Assembly: GCA_028284125.1 (NCBI GenBank)
Contig: JANQSI010000018.1
Location: 336,998 to 400,997 of the forward strand
DNA from: Cyclobacteriaceae bacterium
GTDB lineage: Bacteria > Bacteroidota > Bacteroidia > Cytophagales > Cyclobacteriaceae
Direction of reading: 5' to 3'
Length of the DNA stretch: 64,000 bases
Position 1 is the first letter of the stretch. Each line of letters opens with the position of its first letter. The position numbers were made by a program, and so were the translations under genes. Shown here piece by piece: positions 46,946 through 55,438 of this stretch. The notes under the pieces were generated by a model. It did not search any database. It was given only the letters and a program-made list of their open reading frames with translations, and had not been told where the DNA came from.

Positions 46946-49900
46946 TTATTTAAATCCAAACCCGTCATCGTCATCATCGGTTTTTTTGATGGTTTCGAAG
47001 CTTTCATCTTCCAGACTAATGTCGTCAGGAGACACAAGGTTGTAAGGTTCTGTAATCCCAAAGTACTTCAGGCGGAAATCATTTATAAATGACAATGTCT
47101 CATTCGTTTCCCCACCAACAAAGACAACTTCTCCTGGTTTGGCTTTTCCAATGTTTGATCTTGCCTCTATTTCTTCGTTAAACTTTGGATTTGAAGAAAA
47201 CATGACAATCTGATGCTTAGAATAAGCAATGTAATACCAAACACCAGGTGCGGCTTGTAGGAAGAGACTTAGCGCATCTTCTCCGGTCTCGTCTTTTTTA
47301 ATTTCTAAAAATCCGTCAATCTTCGCGTTAAGGTCTTCTCGAACCACATTGGAGATACCGATTTTGGTTGTGTTATGCCAGGCTTTATGTTCTTTGGACC
47401 ATTCCATTTTCATTCCAGAGATGAATAATGGCTTTTCAAATTCTCTTGAAGTGGAAACTAGCGGAGTATAATTCCTAAGACTACTTTCTTCGTAAATACG
47501 AGTTATTGATTCACTTGAAATGTTTGCCAGTTTATAGAGCAACTCAATGGAGATATCATTGGCCGGAGGAGGACCCATACGCTCGATCGTTTCTGTTAAG
47601 TCAAGCGCCATGATATCTAAGAGTATTGGCGGAACTTTGTAGTCCAGCATCATCATCACATCTGCCTGATATTCTTCCGTTTCTGTATTCCCAACTCCCA
47701 GTACAGATGCTTTTATCTGCATTTCTGTTGTGGTTGGTTTGAAGAAATTGACTGGTCCTTCAAAGACAACAGTTTTAGAACTGTCCACATACATCATAGT
47801 GGAACCAGCATATGATTCACCTAGTGACTTTAAATGATTTTCAATTTTGTAGACCTGAGTTGAGTCATCATAAGTTAACGTGCCACTCGCCTTGAAGAAA
47901 TCAAAGTCTGATTCTGTCTGTCGTTTCTGGACGAAAGTTGTATAAAATTCATCACGAATGTTTCTGTGTATTCCAGCGTACGCTGGTCCTCCACTTTCGA
48001 ATTGGGCATTGTCGAAAGGTAGCCTCACTTTCGGATCTTCATCCGACCTTAGGAAACTGACCCACTCTTCATGTCCTTCGAGATCTAATTTGAGATAACC
48101 ATCAAGTTCCAAGGCTTCCTTATATGCGTACATGGAAACACTTCCCTTGTATAAGAATCCTGGAGATATGATTAGATTTTGCTCTGCTTCGACTTCTCCT
48201 CCGGAAACGGTCATGAGCTGTGTTGGAACTACTCCTTTTCTGTCCGGTTCACCAATTGGGACTTCAACCAATTCGAAACTATCGAACCGAATATCGAACG
48301 TATCTAGACCGATGATTTGCTTGTACCAGGCATTTCCTTCGAATTTGTTTCTGGAAATAACTCGTATCGATGCTCTGTCCAAATAGTGATAGCCATTAAG
48401 TGTATCGATGATGATTTCAGCGTTCTCAAATTTTTGTAAAACAGAATTCGCAAGAATGGTTGTTTCGTTATTCTCCGGGATAATTCTAGAATCGGCAACA
48501 GTGATGTAAGGAATTCCCTGGACATTGAGTTTCTGGGAGTTGATATCGTAAACTGCCCGCTCGGCATTAAATGCTAAAGAATCTAGATCTTCCCTCGTTG
48601 TGTAGAAATAGGAATCTTCAATAGGGATTTCTTCTGGCTTGGTCATTATCACCACAGAATCTTCTAAATCCCACACCGCCTCTGTAATGGAAGTTTTCAT
48701 TTGTGCATAAGGAAATGAGATTGCTGCAATTCCTTGCGTTTCGGGACGGACCGTGGCGGTGTTGTTGGTTAGATCAAAGTCCAAACGAATATCATCTCCA
48801 GCCATTGCCGGCTTGTCAACACTGTCCGTAAGCACTTCAAAATCAGCGTGTCTTGCTGCGTATCTGAACTCCTCAAAAGTTAATTCATCAGATATTGCTC
48901 GAGATCCTCTTGTTAACATTGTTCCTCCACCGTAAACTCCTTTAGTAGTGATGTTCGCTTCTCCTTCTAGTTCTGCAGTTGAGTTGTAGAATTTGAACGG
49001 CTCATTGACGGTTCTCAAATACATACTATCCTTTCTTGGAAGCCAGTACATATCATAGGTGCCAAGAATCGCCTCCGGATAGCTGGCAGTGCCAATCGTA
49101 CCTGGACTTATTACTCCGCTTGTTCCGTCCGTCGTGACAGAATCCGGATAGTAAATAAAGTCATCTGAGTAAATCGTTGTGGTTAAAAAATCGATTTGAC
49201 CGAAACCTCGCATTCCTTGATTGGAGAGTCGAATTTCTTCATATGTTTTCGCATCAGTTCCATAAAGGTTATAACCTTCATCTGGGATCTTATGAACGAA
49301 TCCCAGCGATTGATCTTCTTGGGGATGTAACGTTTCTTCGAATGTGGGGAAAATTCCACCCGAGTTAAAAGTTCCTTCGAAGGAAATTGATTCACCGTCC
49401 TCCCGTTCAATGCTATCAATTTCGAATGGAGGAATTATAAAACGAACTGATTTATCGTACGCTCCATCCAGGATTTCTGGGCCATCGAAATAAACGGTCG
49501 CTTCACTGTCAGACACAAAGAATGGATAATTACCATTTTTTTCTTTTCCCGATTTGTTTTCTTTTTTGTCAATATAGAGAGTACCAGAAGTACTTGTCAA
49601 CTGATTTGCAAGCGTTGTTTTCTGAAAGCCAGCTTCTAAGTTCGTTGTATCTCTAAGCGGAATCGTGATTCGCATCGAATCAATTTCAGGCATTGTGAAC
49701 AGAAATTCTTCATAATCAAATTGATGCCCAATACCCTGATAGTCAAAATCTCCCGCATGAAGTACTCCATCAAATTCAAGGTTTCTGTCTCTCAATAACG
49801 TAACTGTGCTATCATACGGTGATGCATATACTTTGAAGTCACTTGTCAGATAGAATCTATGAACGCCATTAATATTCAGTTTTCCACTGTCTAGCTCAAT

Positions 49901-51964
49901 GTAAGCGTTTGCAACATCTGATATTTTCGAAGGAACCATTAGGTTATCAAAGTCTACCTTTTTGGCTGAGGCGTCATAGTAATGAAAAGCTTTCTCATGA
50001 AGTTTTAGCAGACCGGTTTCCGCATCATAGTCAGCGAAACCATATTGACGAAGAATTTTAGCTGCGCCTTTAGCATAATTCTCATCGATTTTATATTCTA
50101 AAGCCAACTCTCCAACATAGAATTCGGTAAGGTTGTACTTTCTGGCATAGAAGACTGCACTACTTATTGGATGGAAATTGAGAAACCGAGCGAGTTTTCT
50201 AAACCTAACTTCATCGAAGAAATCCTCAGATTCAAATGTTGCAGGGACCATGTCCTTTGCATCCATTACATCCATTCCAATGGAATCATTTTCCATGTTC
50301 CACTTAATTAAGTCAAGGTTCATGGTCACATTGAAATAGGAAGAATAATAAGGCGTAATGTTGGAATTTCTTAGTACTGTGAGCGTTTTTGTTGGAAGGT
50401 CATATTTGGCTTTGACGTTTTTATGATAGATAGAATCACTGCCATGAGCAATTGCGATCGAGCCATTTTCCATTGAAACTAGTGAGTCTCCTAGAACAAA
50501 GAATTTGGATTTGAGAACTACCTGGTTCCCTTTTCCGTCCAAAACTGTCAAGGTTCCTTCCTTTTTTGATACGGAACGACCAAATAGATTATTCCCTTGA
50601 ATTTCGATTCCACCTATATATGAGAGCTTCTCATCGGAGAATTTCACTTTCACATCATTTTCGTTAGAAGTGAAAATTGGAAACTTGCTCAGCGTTCTTC
50701 TGGGTCTGTTCGGACTTTTGAAAGTGAAAACTCCTTCCACGGAACCATCAAAGAGAAGATCAAAAGTGATGGAAGCGTTTGGTGTCCAGAAATCGGAACG
50801 ATCTTTTCTTAGGTAGTAATCTCCAAGTTGGACTTCAGCACCACGGAATTTACGGTTCCTTCCGGGCCAGTTTACAGTTCCTTTTGTACCAATGAAGTTC
50901 CGATTCTGCAAAAGAAAAGTCCCTCCAATATTGTTTATAACCATTGAATCATTTCTGGTCACGATCAGCATTTCAGCATCCGCAATTTCTATTACTGGAC
51001 CTTTTTTTTCAGGAGCTAGGTATTTGTTTCTGACATCAGCAAGGTGATCAATAATTGGCGCACCATAAACCGGTCGTTCGGGTGGAGGTGGTTCGTAGGT
51101 TGTTTGTGTGTCGTTTCCGAATTCATCATTACTTCCCCACGGATCATTGCTAGAATCTCCCCACGGATCGTTGTTGTTGTCACCCCACGGGTCGTTGTTG
51201 GTTGCCCACGGATCATTGCTGTTATCCCCCCAGGGATCATTATTGGTCGCCCACGGATCATTGCTATTATCGCCCCATGGGTCATTATTAGTTGCCCACG
51301 GATCGTTGTTGTTATCGTCCCAGGGATCATTATTATTAGCCCACGGATCGGCTAAAGAATCTACCGGTTGGGAATTCAATGCTGCTAATTCCTCATCCGT
51401 GATAAATCCGGAAGTGTCTTCTTCTACATATTCTTCATTGGCGTATGGATCATCTTCAATTTCTATCAGCTCATCCAAAAGTTTAAATGAATAAGAACCA
51501 CCAGGAGCCTGGACAAACAACGTTTTTTCGAGACTTAGATATCGTCTCGCGAAATAAATATTTAGTCCAAAAACAAAATCCTGGTATTCTTTTCTTGGAA
51601 GCGTTTCCAGCACTTGTTCGTTGATGTCTAGGAGACTGCTGAGTTCATCTCGCTGGAGATTTTCTTGGGCAACAGAGTAAGCGAGGTAGCTAAAATAGTG
51701 ATAGAAAAAGGGATAAAACTGATACCCTTTTCTCTGCATCCTCAATGCGATTGTGTGAATTTTATCTTGTTGTGCGGAGGTGAACTTCCCATCCCAGGCG
51801 TTTTGAAAATCAAAACCAATTTTCATGGCAGCTTCTGTTCCAACAGCACGCAATCTGGATATCGCTTGCGCTCTGAATTCATCCTTGTCTTCAGAGAAAC
51901 GCTGAGCCAGTACTTCCGAAAAAGTCAGTAAGACTAGAAATAATATAAGAACAGGCGATCGCAT
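46946..51964 (-). CDS. 1672-aa secreted hypothetical protein, beta-strand-rich, with a DPW-repeat insertion
   Basis: Signal peptide ending VLA-Q; long uninterrupted ORF directly downstream of prmA; no family that I recognise. Confidence 0.85.
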   Translation of the reverse strand: MRSPVLILFLVLLTFSEVLAQRFSEDKDEFRAQAISRLRAVGTEAAMKIGFDFQNAWDGKFTSAQQDKIHTIALRMQRKGYQFYPFFYHYFSYLAYSVAQENLQRDELSSLLDINEQVLETLPRKEYQDFVFGLNIYFARRYLSLEKTLFVQAPGGSYSFKLLDELIEIEDDPYANEEYVEEDTSGFITDEELAALNSQPVDSLADPWANNNDPWDDNNNDPWATNNDPWGDNSNDPWATNNDPWGDNSNDPWATNNDPWGDNNNDPWGDSSNDPWGSNDEFGNDTQTTYEPPPPERPVYGAPIIDHLADVRNKYLAPEKKGPVIEIADAEMLIVTRNDSMVINNIGGTFLLQNRNFIGTKGTVNWPGRNRKFRGAEVQLGDYYLRKDRSDFWTPNASITFDLLFDGSVEGVFTFKSPNRPRRTLSKFPIFTSNENDVKVKFSDEKLSYIGGIEIQGNNLFGRSVSKKEGTLTVLDGKGNQVVLKSKFFVLGDSLVSMENGSIAIAHGSDSIYHKNVKAKYDLPTKTLTVLRNSNITPYYSSYFNVTMNLDLIKWNMENDSIGMDVMDAKDMVPATFESEDFFDEVRFRKLARFLNFHPISSAVFYARKYNLTEFYVGELALEYKIDENYAKGAAKILRQYGFADYDAETGLLKLHEKAFHYYDASAKKVDFDNLMVPSKISDVANAYIELDSGKLNINGVHRFYLTSDFKVYASPYDSTVTLLRDRNLEFDGVLHAGDFDYQGIGHQFDYEEFLFTMPEIDSMRITIPLRDTTNLEAGFQKTTLANQLTSTSGTLYIDKKENKSGKEKNGNYPFFVSDSEATVYFDGPEILDGAYDKSVRFIIPPFEIDSIEREDGESISFEGTFNSGGIFPTFEETLHPQEDQSLGFVHKIPDEGYNLYGTDAKTYEEIRLSNQGMRGFGQIDFLTTTIYSDDFIYYPDSVTTDGTSGVISPGTIGTASYPEAILGTYDMYWLPRKDSMYLRTVNEPFKFYNSTAELEGEANITTKGVYGGGTMLTRGSRAISDELTFEEFRYAARHADFEVLTDSVDKPAMAGDDIRLDFDLTNNTATVRPETQGIAAISFPYAQMKTSITEAVWDLEDSVVIMTKPEEIPIEDSYFYTTREDLDSLAFNAERAVYDINSQKLNVQGIPYITVADSRIIPENNETTILANSVLQKFENAEIIIDTLNGYHYLDRASIRVISRNKFEGNAWYKQIIGLDTFDIRFDSFELVEVPIGEPDRKGVVPTQLMTVSGGEVEAEQNLIISPGFLYKGSVSMYAYKEALELDGYLKLDLEGHEEWVSFLRSDEDPKVRLPFDNAQFESGGPAYAGIHRNIRDEFYTTFVQKRQTESDFDFFKASGTLTYDDSTQVYKIENHLKSLGESYAGSTMMYVDSSKTVVFEGPVNFFKPTTTEMQIKASVLGVGNTETEEYQADVMMMLDYKVPPILLDIMALDLTETIERMGPPPANDISIELLYKLANISSESITRIYEESSLRNYTPLVSTSREFEKPLFISGMKMEWSKEHKAWHNTTKIGISNVVREDLNAKIDGFLEIKKDETGEDALSLFLQAAPGVWYYIAYSKHQIVMFSSNPKFNEEIEARSNIGKAKPGEVVFVGGETNETLSFINDFRLKYFGITEPYNLVSPDDISLEDESFETIKKTDDDDDGFGFK
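51137..51349 (-). repeat. Ten in-frame DPW motifs, mostly in alternating 21/24-nt units
   Basis: DPWANNN DPWDDNNN DPWATNN DPWGDNSN DPWATNN DPWGDNSN DPWATNN DPWGDNNN DPWGDSSN DPWGSN. Synonymous codons vary (GAT/GAC, CCG/CCC/CCA). Confidence 0.95.
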
Positions 51965-52018
51965 TATTGTTTAAAGATATTTAAATAGTGAACAGTCCAC
52001 ACTGAACAGACGATAGTT

Positions 52019-52843
52019 TTAGCCTTTCGGTTTATTCAAAACGATCATTGCCCAGTCCTGTTTTTCGGTTTCATGTTTTTGAACAAGACCATACTTATTG
52101 CCTTCTTGAATTAAATCCGAAACATCCGCTTTGTAAAATCCACTCAACAAAAGCGTACCACTATTGCTGAGCAATGATGCATATGCTTCGAGTTGATCCA
52201 TCAAGACATTTTTATTGATGTTTGCAATGACGATATCAAAAGGTCCATTTTTAACGGCATCAATTTGTCCTTTTATTAGCTGGACATTCCTTACATCGTT
52301 CAACGAAAAATTCTCCTTACTATTTTCTATGCACCAATCGTCAATATCGGTTGCGACTATTTCGGTCGCACCACGTTTTGCGGCCATGATTGATAATATG
52401 CCTGTACCACATCCTACATCCAACACCTTTTTGTTGTGATGATCAAGTATCATTTGGTATGATAGCATTTGATAAGTAGTTGCATGATGCCCGGTTCCAA
52501 ATGACATTTTTGGGTTAACTACAATGTCATATTCCACACTGGGATCGGGCTGGTGAAATGTTGCTCTAACCATGCATTTTTGATCCACGAGTATAGGATC
52601 ATAGTTCTTTTCCCATTCTTCATTCCAATTGACTTTTTCCTGTTCTTTTATTGTGTAGGAAACGTCTGGATACTTATTCAATAGCTCTTGTATGATTTCT
52701 TCTGAAAAGGATGAAGCATCACAACTGCCTTCAAATCCATTTTCAAATTCCTGGAAAGAATCAAATCCGTTTTCAAAGAGCTCGGCAATTATTACATCGA
52801 TTAAAGACGAAGGGCACTTGACCGAAATGGTAATGAATTCCAT
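52019..52843 (-). CDS. prmA: Ribosomal protein L11 methyltransferase
   Basis: NWNEEWEKNY, PKMSFGTGHHATT, VLDVGCGTGILSI, ANINKN, LLLSGF. Confidence 0.96.
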   Translation of the reverse strand: MEFITISVKCPSSLIDVIIAELFENGFDSFQEFENGFEGSCDASSFSEEIIQELLNKYPDVSYTIKEQEKVNWNEEWEKNYDPILVDQKCMVRATFHQPDPSVEYDIVVNPKMSFGTGHHATTYQMLSYQMILDHHNKKVLDVGCGTGILSIMAAKRGATEIVATDIDDWCIENSKENFSLNDVRNVQLIKGQIDAVKNGPFDIVIANINKNVLMDQLEAYASLLSNSGTLLLSGFYKADVSDLIQEGNKYGLVQKHETEKQDWAMIVLNKPKG

Positions 52844-52846
52844 TCG

Positions 52847-53611
52847 TCAATCGAACGCTTGCACAATGTCAATAAAGTCCCTTGATTTCAAACTAGCTCC
52901 ACCAATAAGTCCTCCATCTACATCTGATTGCGAAAAGATTTCCTTGGCATTTTCCGGCTTTACACTTCCACCATACAGAATAGAAATTGTATCAGCAGTT
53001 TCATTTGAATACTTTTCTGCAATTGTTTTTCGAATAAACGCGTGCATTTCTTGTGCTTGTTCTGCAGAAGCAGTTTTGCCGGTACCAATGGCCCAAACAG
53101 GTTCATAAGCGATGACCACTTTTGCGATCTGCTCTTCCGAAAGATGAAATAATGCATTTCGAACTTGCTCGCCTACAACCGATTCCTGGGTGTTGATTTC
53201 GCGAGATTCAAGACGTTCACCACAACAAAAAATTGGAGTTAAGTCGTTTTTGAGAACAGAGTTGATTTTTTCCGCAAGCAACGCATCTGATTCACCAAAG
53301 TATTCTCGACGTTCACTGTGGCCAATAATCACATGGCTTCCACCACACGATTTGATCATTGAGGCAGAAACTTCACCGGTGTAGGCTCCACTTTCATTCT
53401 GGTGGCAGTTTTGTGCACCGATAAGAAGTTTGTCTTTAAAAGGGATTTGATCATTTATACTTGATAAATGGATAAAAGGTGGGATTAAGATTACTTCTGT
53501 TTCGTTTTGAACTTCGTCCAGCATCAGCTGCATTACTTCAGAGGCAAGTTTTTGTCCTTCCTCCAATGAGCAGTTCATTTTCCAGTTTCCAGCTACAATT
53601 TGCTTTCTCAT
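52847..53611 (-). CDS. tpiA: Triosephosphate isomerase
   Basis: AGNWKMN, GAYTGEVS, IIGHSERR, IAYEPVWAIGTG, LYGGSV, GLIGGASL. Confidence 0.98.
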   Translation of the reverse strand: MRKQIVAGNWKMNCSLEEGQKLASEVMQLMLDEVQNETEVILIPPFIHLSSINDQIPFKDKLLIGAQNCHQNESGAYTGEVSASMIKSCGGSHVIIGHSERREYFGESDALLAEKINSVLKNDLTPIFCCGERLESREINTQESVVGEQVRNALFHLSEEQIAKVVIAYEPVWAIGTGKTASAEQAQEMHAFIRKTIAEKYSNETADTISILYGGSVKPENAKEIFSQSDVDGGLIGGASLKSRDFIDIVQAFD

Positions 53612-53756
53612 TTTTCGCTACATCTTTTTGGGACTGCAATGATACAAATAGTCGGTGTGATGAAGACAGTTTTTGCGTTCATAGAATCCTATTATTGATA
53701 TGCAAATAGGAATAGCTGAGATTTAGTAAATTGGGGCGCTAAATCAGCTATGAATC

Positions 53757-54158
53757 ATGAATAACGTGCTGAAATTTAAGGCCTTAGTCGGAATAGCGAA
53801 GGCTGATGGTGAATTTGATCCAACCGAAAAGAGCTTTATACTGAGGTTGGCCGATCTTGATGGAATTTCTCCCGAAGAACTCAAAGAAATTTTAAGTACA
53901 AAGGGCAAAACCAAAGATTTCATTAGGGATTTGGACTATGATGATAAAATCAACATCCTCATAGATGTTGTCCAACTCATGAAGATTGATGGAAAAGTAG
54001 TTCTTAGCGAAATTAAGTTTTGTGAGAGGCTTGCTAAAATTCTCGGGTTCGAAGAAAAGTCAATTGGATTTCTATCTGGAATGATTGACAATAATCCTGA
54101 AGTTTCAATTAATGTTGGAAGAATTAGCTATCGGATGAAAAAGTACTTGCTCGAGTAA
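53757..54158 (+). CDS. TerB-family (tellurite-resistance-like) protein
   Basis: LVGIAKADGEFDPTE and LMKIDGKVVLSE duplicated TerB motifs. Confidence 0.85.
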   Translation: MNNVLKFKALVGIAKADGEFDPTEKSFILRLADLDGISPEELKEILSTKGKTKDFIRDLDYDDKINILIDVVQLMKIDGKVVLSEIKFCERLAKILGFEEKSIGFLSGMIDNNPEVSINVGRISYRMKKYLLE

Positions 54159-54266
54159 GAAAGCCTATAGCTTTTCTTTCCGGCCTTCTTCTCCACCTTC
54201 CGGACCTAAATCTTGTTGAAAACAAGCAAAGTGATGATAACTCCACTGGCTCACAGCATCATTGAA

Positions 54267-54731
54267 TTAATTTGTCTGAGTTTCTGTGTTTTGATAATAC
54301 AAGAAGACCCTGATGGGAAAAATTAGGAGCATAAACCCTGGGTGATAGAGTAAGGATATAAGCCGATAAATAGTAGCTCGATATTGGATCAATTCGAATA
54401 AGCTAGCGACAGCACTTGTTACCAAGAGACCAATACCTATCAGAAGAAAAATTTTTGCGATTCTTGAGCTAAGCAGCTCTCTGGCAAAAACGTAGTTGAA
54501 ATAGAATCGAATAAGAAAGGTGAATTTCCCACTGATCCATTCTGGAGAAATCTGATTGAAATGCATGAAGTCTATAACTCGATCGATCTGATTGAGAGAA
54601 TTTTCAAGTAGTGGAAACCTAAAAATTGATTTGAAAAAATCTACAATGAAAAAAGGATAATCACCAAAGTAGGCGAAAACAACAAAACCTAGCCAGAGTA
54701 CTATTAGCCATGTACTAACTGTTTTTTGCAA
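54267..54731 (-). CDS. Exosortase-associated membrane protein
   Basis: Four hydrophobic segments, C-terminal LLYHPGFMLLIFP; start overlaps the exosortase 3' end. Confidence 0.65.
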   Translation of the reverse strand: MQKTVSTWLIVLWLGFVVFAYFGDYPFFIVDFFKSIFRFPLLENSLNQIDRVIDFMHFNQISPEWISGKFTFLIRFYFNYVFARELLSSRIAKIFLLIGIGLLVTSAVASLFELIQYRATIYRLISLLYHPGFMLLIFPIRVFLYYQNTETQTN

Positions 54732-55242
54732 AATGCTTCTTGTTAATGACTTCTATCCACAAGAACCATAGGACGCCAATGATTGCGTAAACAAATAACA
54801 GATAGGTGTACTTATGATTGAATTCAAAAGTGGCGGGACTTTTTAAGTAATTGAACCCGAGGAGATATACTCTTACCACGTTTACGAAAAACAAAATGGA
54901 TAACCCAAGAAAACCATAAACGATCTTATGAATCCATTTACCTGGAGTAATTACTATAAAGCCTATGAACAAAACAAAGAGTTCTAGCCCATTGCAAGGA
55001 TCTCCAATAAGCACGGATTTAGTGTTGGAAACATATAAGTATAGCCCGTCAAAAGAACTACTGGCTCCTAACCAATTAAAAACTCCAGCTGCACTTGCTC
55101 CAACTTTATTTGTAAGCCATGGATTCAGGGATGTGAATGGTAAGATAAATCCCCAATACAGAGCTTTCCACAAGATTATTAAAGACACAGCCCTGATTGC
55201 AAATCGGTACTGAGCCGAGATTTTGATTCGGGGGAACTTCAA
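54715..55242 (-). CDS. Exosortase/archaeosortase-family transpeptidase (short, single-domain)
   Basis: VLIGDP-C-NGLEL (Cys), VNVV-R-VYLL (Arg) and FN-H-KYTY (His) match the family's conserved catalytic residues in a multi-TM protein. Confidence 0.9.
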   Translation of the reverse strand: MKFPRIKISAQYRFAIRAVSLIILWKALYWGFILPFTSLNPWLTNKVGASAAGVFNWLGASSSFDGLYLYVSNTKSVLIGDPCNGLELFVLFIGFIVITPGKWIHKIVYGFLGLSILFFVNVVRVYLLGFNYLKSPATFEFNHKYTYLLFVYAIIGVLWFLWIEVINKKHFAKNS

Positions 55243-55248
55243 TTCGAC

Positions 55249-55437
55249 CTAGCTTCTTTTATGATCCCTGTATTTTTTTATTCCATAACCAACTCCAGCA
55301 GCGGCTAATAAACTTAAGCCGCCATCAATTGGTACTCCAGGAGGAGGTGGGGGAAGACCATCTTGGGCAAATGCTAATGCAGCAAACCTAAGGAGAAAAA
55401 ATAAGGTGAGTGTTAACTTTAAAAATATTGACTGCAT
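55249..55437 (-). CDS. 62-aa micro-protein with a PID-GG C-terminal sorting signal (PID-CTERM-type)
   Basis: Signal peptide (..AALAFA-Q), DGLPPPPPGV linker, PIDGG motif, hydrophobic LSLLAAAGVGYGI, basic KKYRDHKRS; adjacent to the exosortase. Confidence 0.85.
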   Translation of the reverse strand: MQSIFLKLTLTLFFLLRFAALAFAQDGLPPPPPGVPIDGGLSLLAAAGVGYGIKKYRDHKRS

Positions 55438-55438
55438 C

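Noticed and set aside
51137-51349. Possible CRISPR array
   Set aside because: Units are 21/24 nt, in frame and synonymously degenerate, with no unique spacers and no cas genes.
51016-51494. Repetitive alternative-frame ORFs (e.g. LLSPHGSLLVAHGS repeats, 51108-51494 +; 51016-51330 -; 51044-51355 +)
   Set aside because: They are shadow translations of the DPW repeat inside the 1672-aa gene, with no independent start context.
53757-54158. Tellurite-resistance (ter) operon
   Set aside because: It is a single stand-alone TerB-domain gene with no terA/C/D/Z neighbours.
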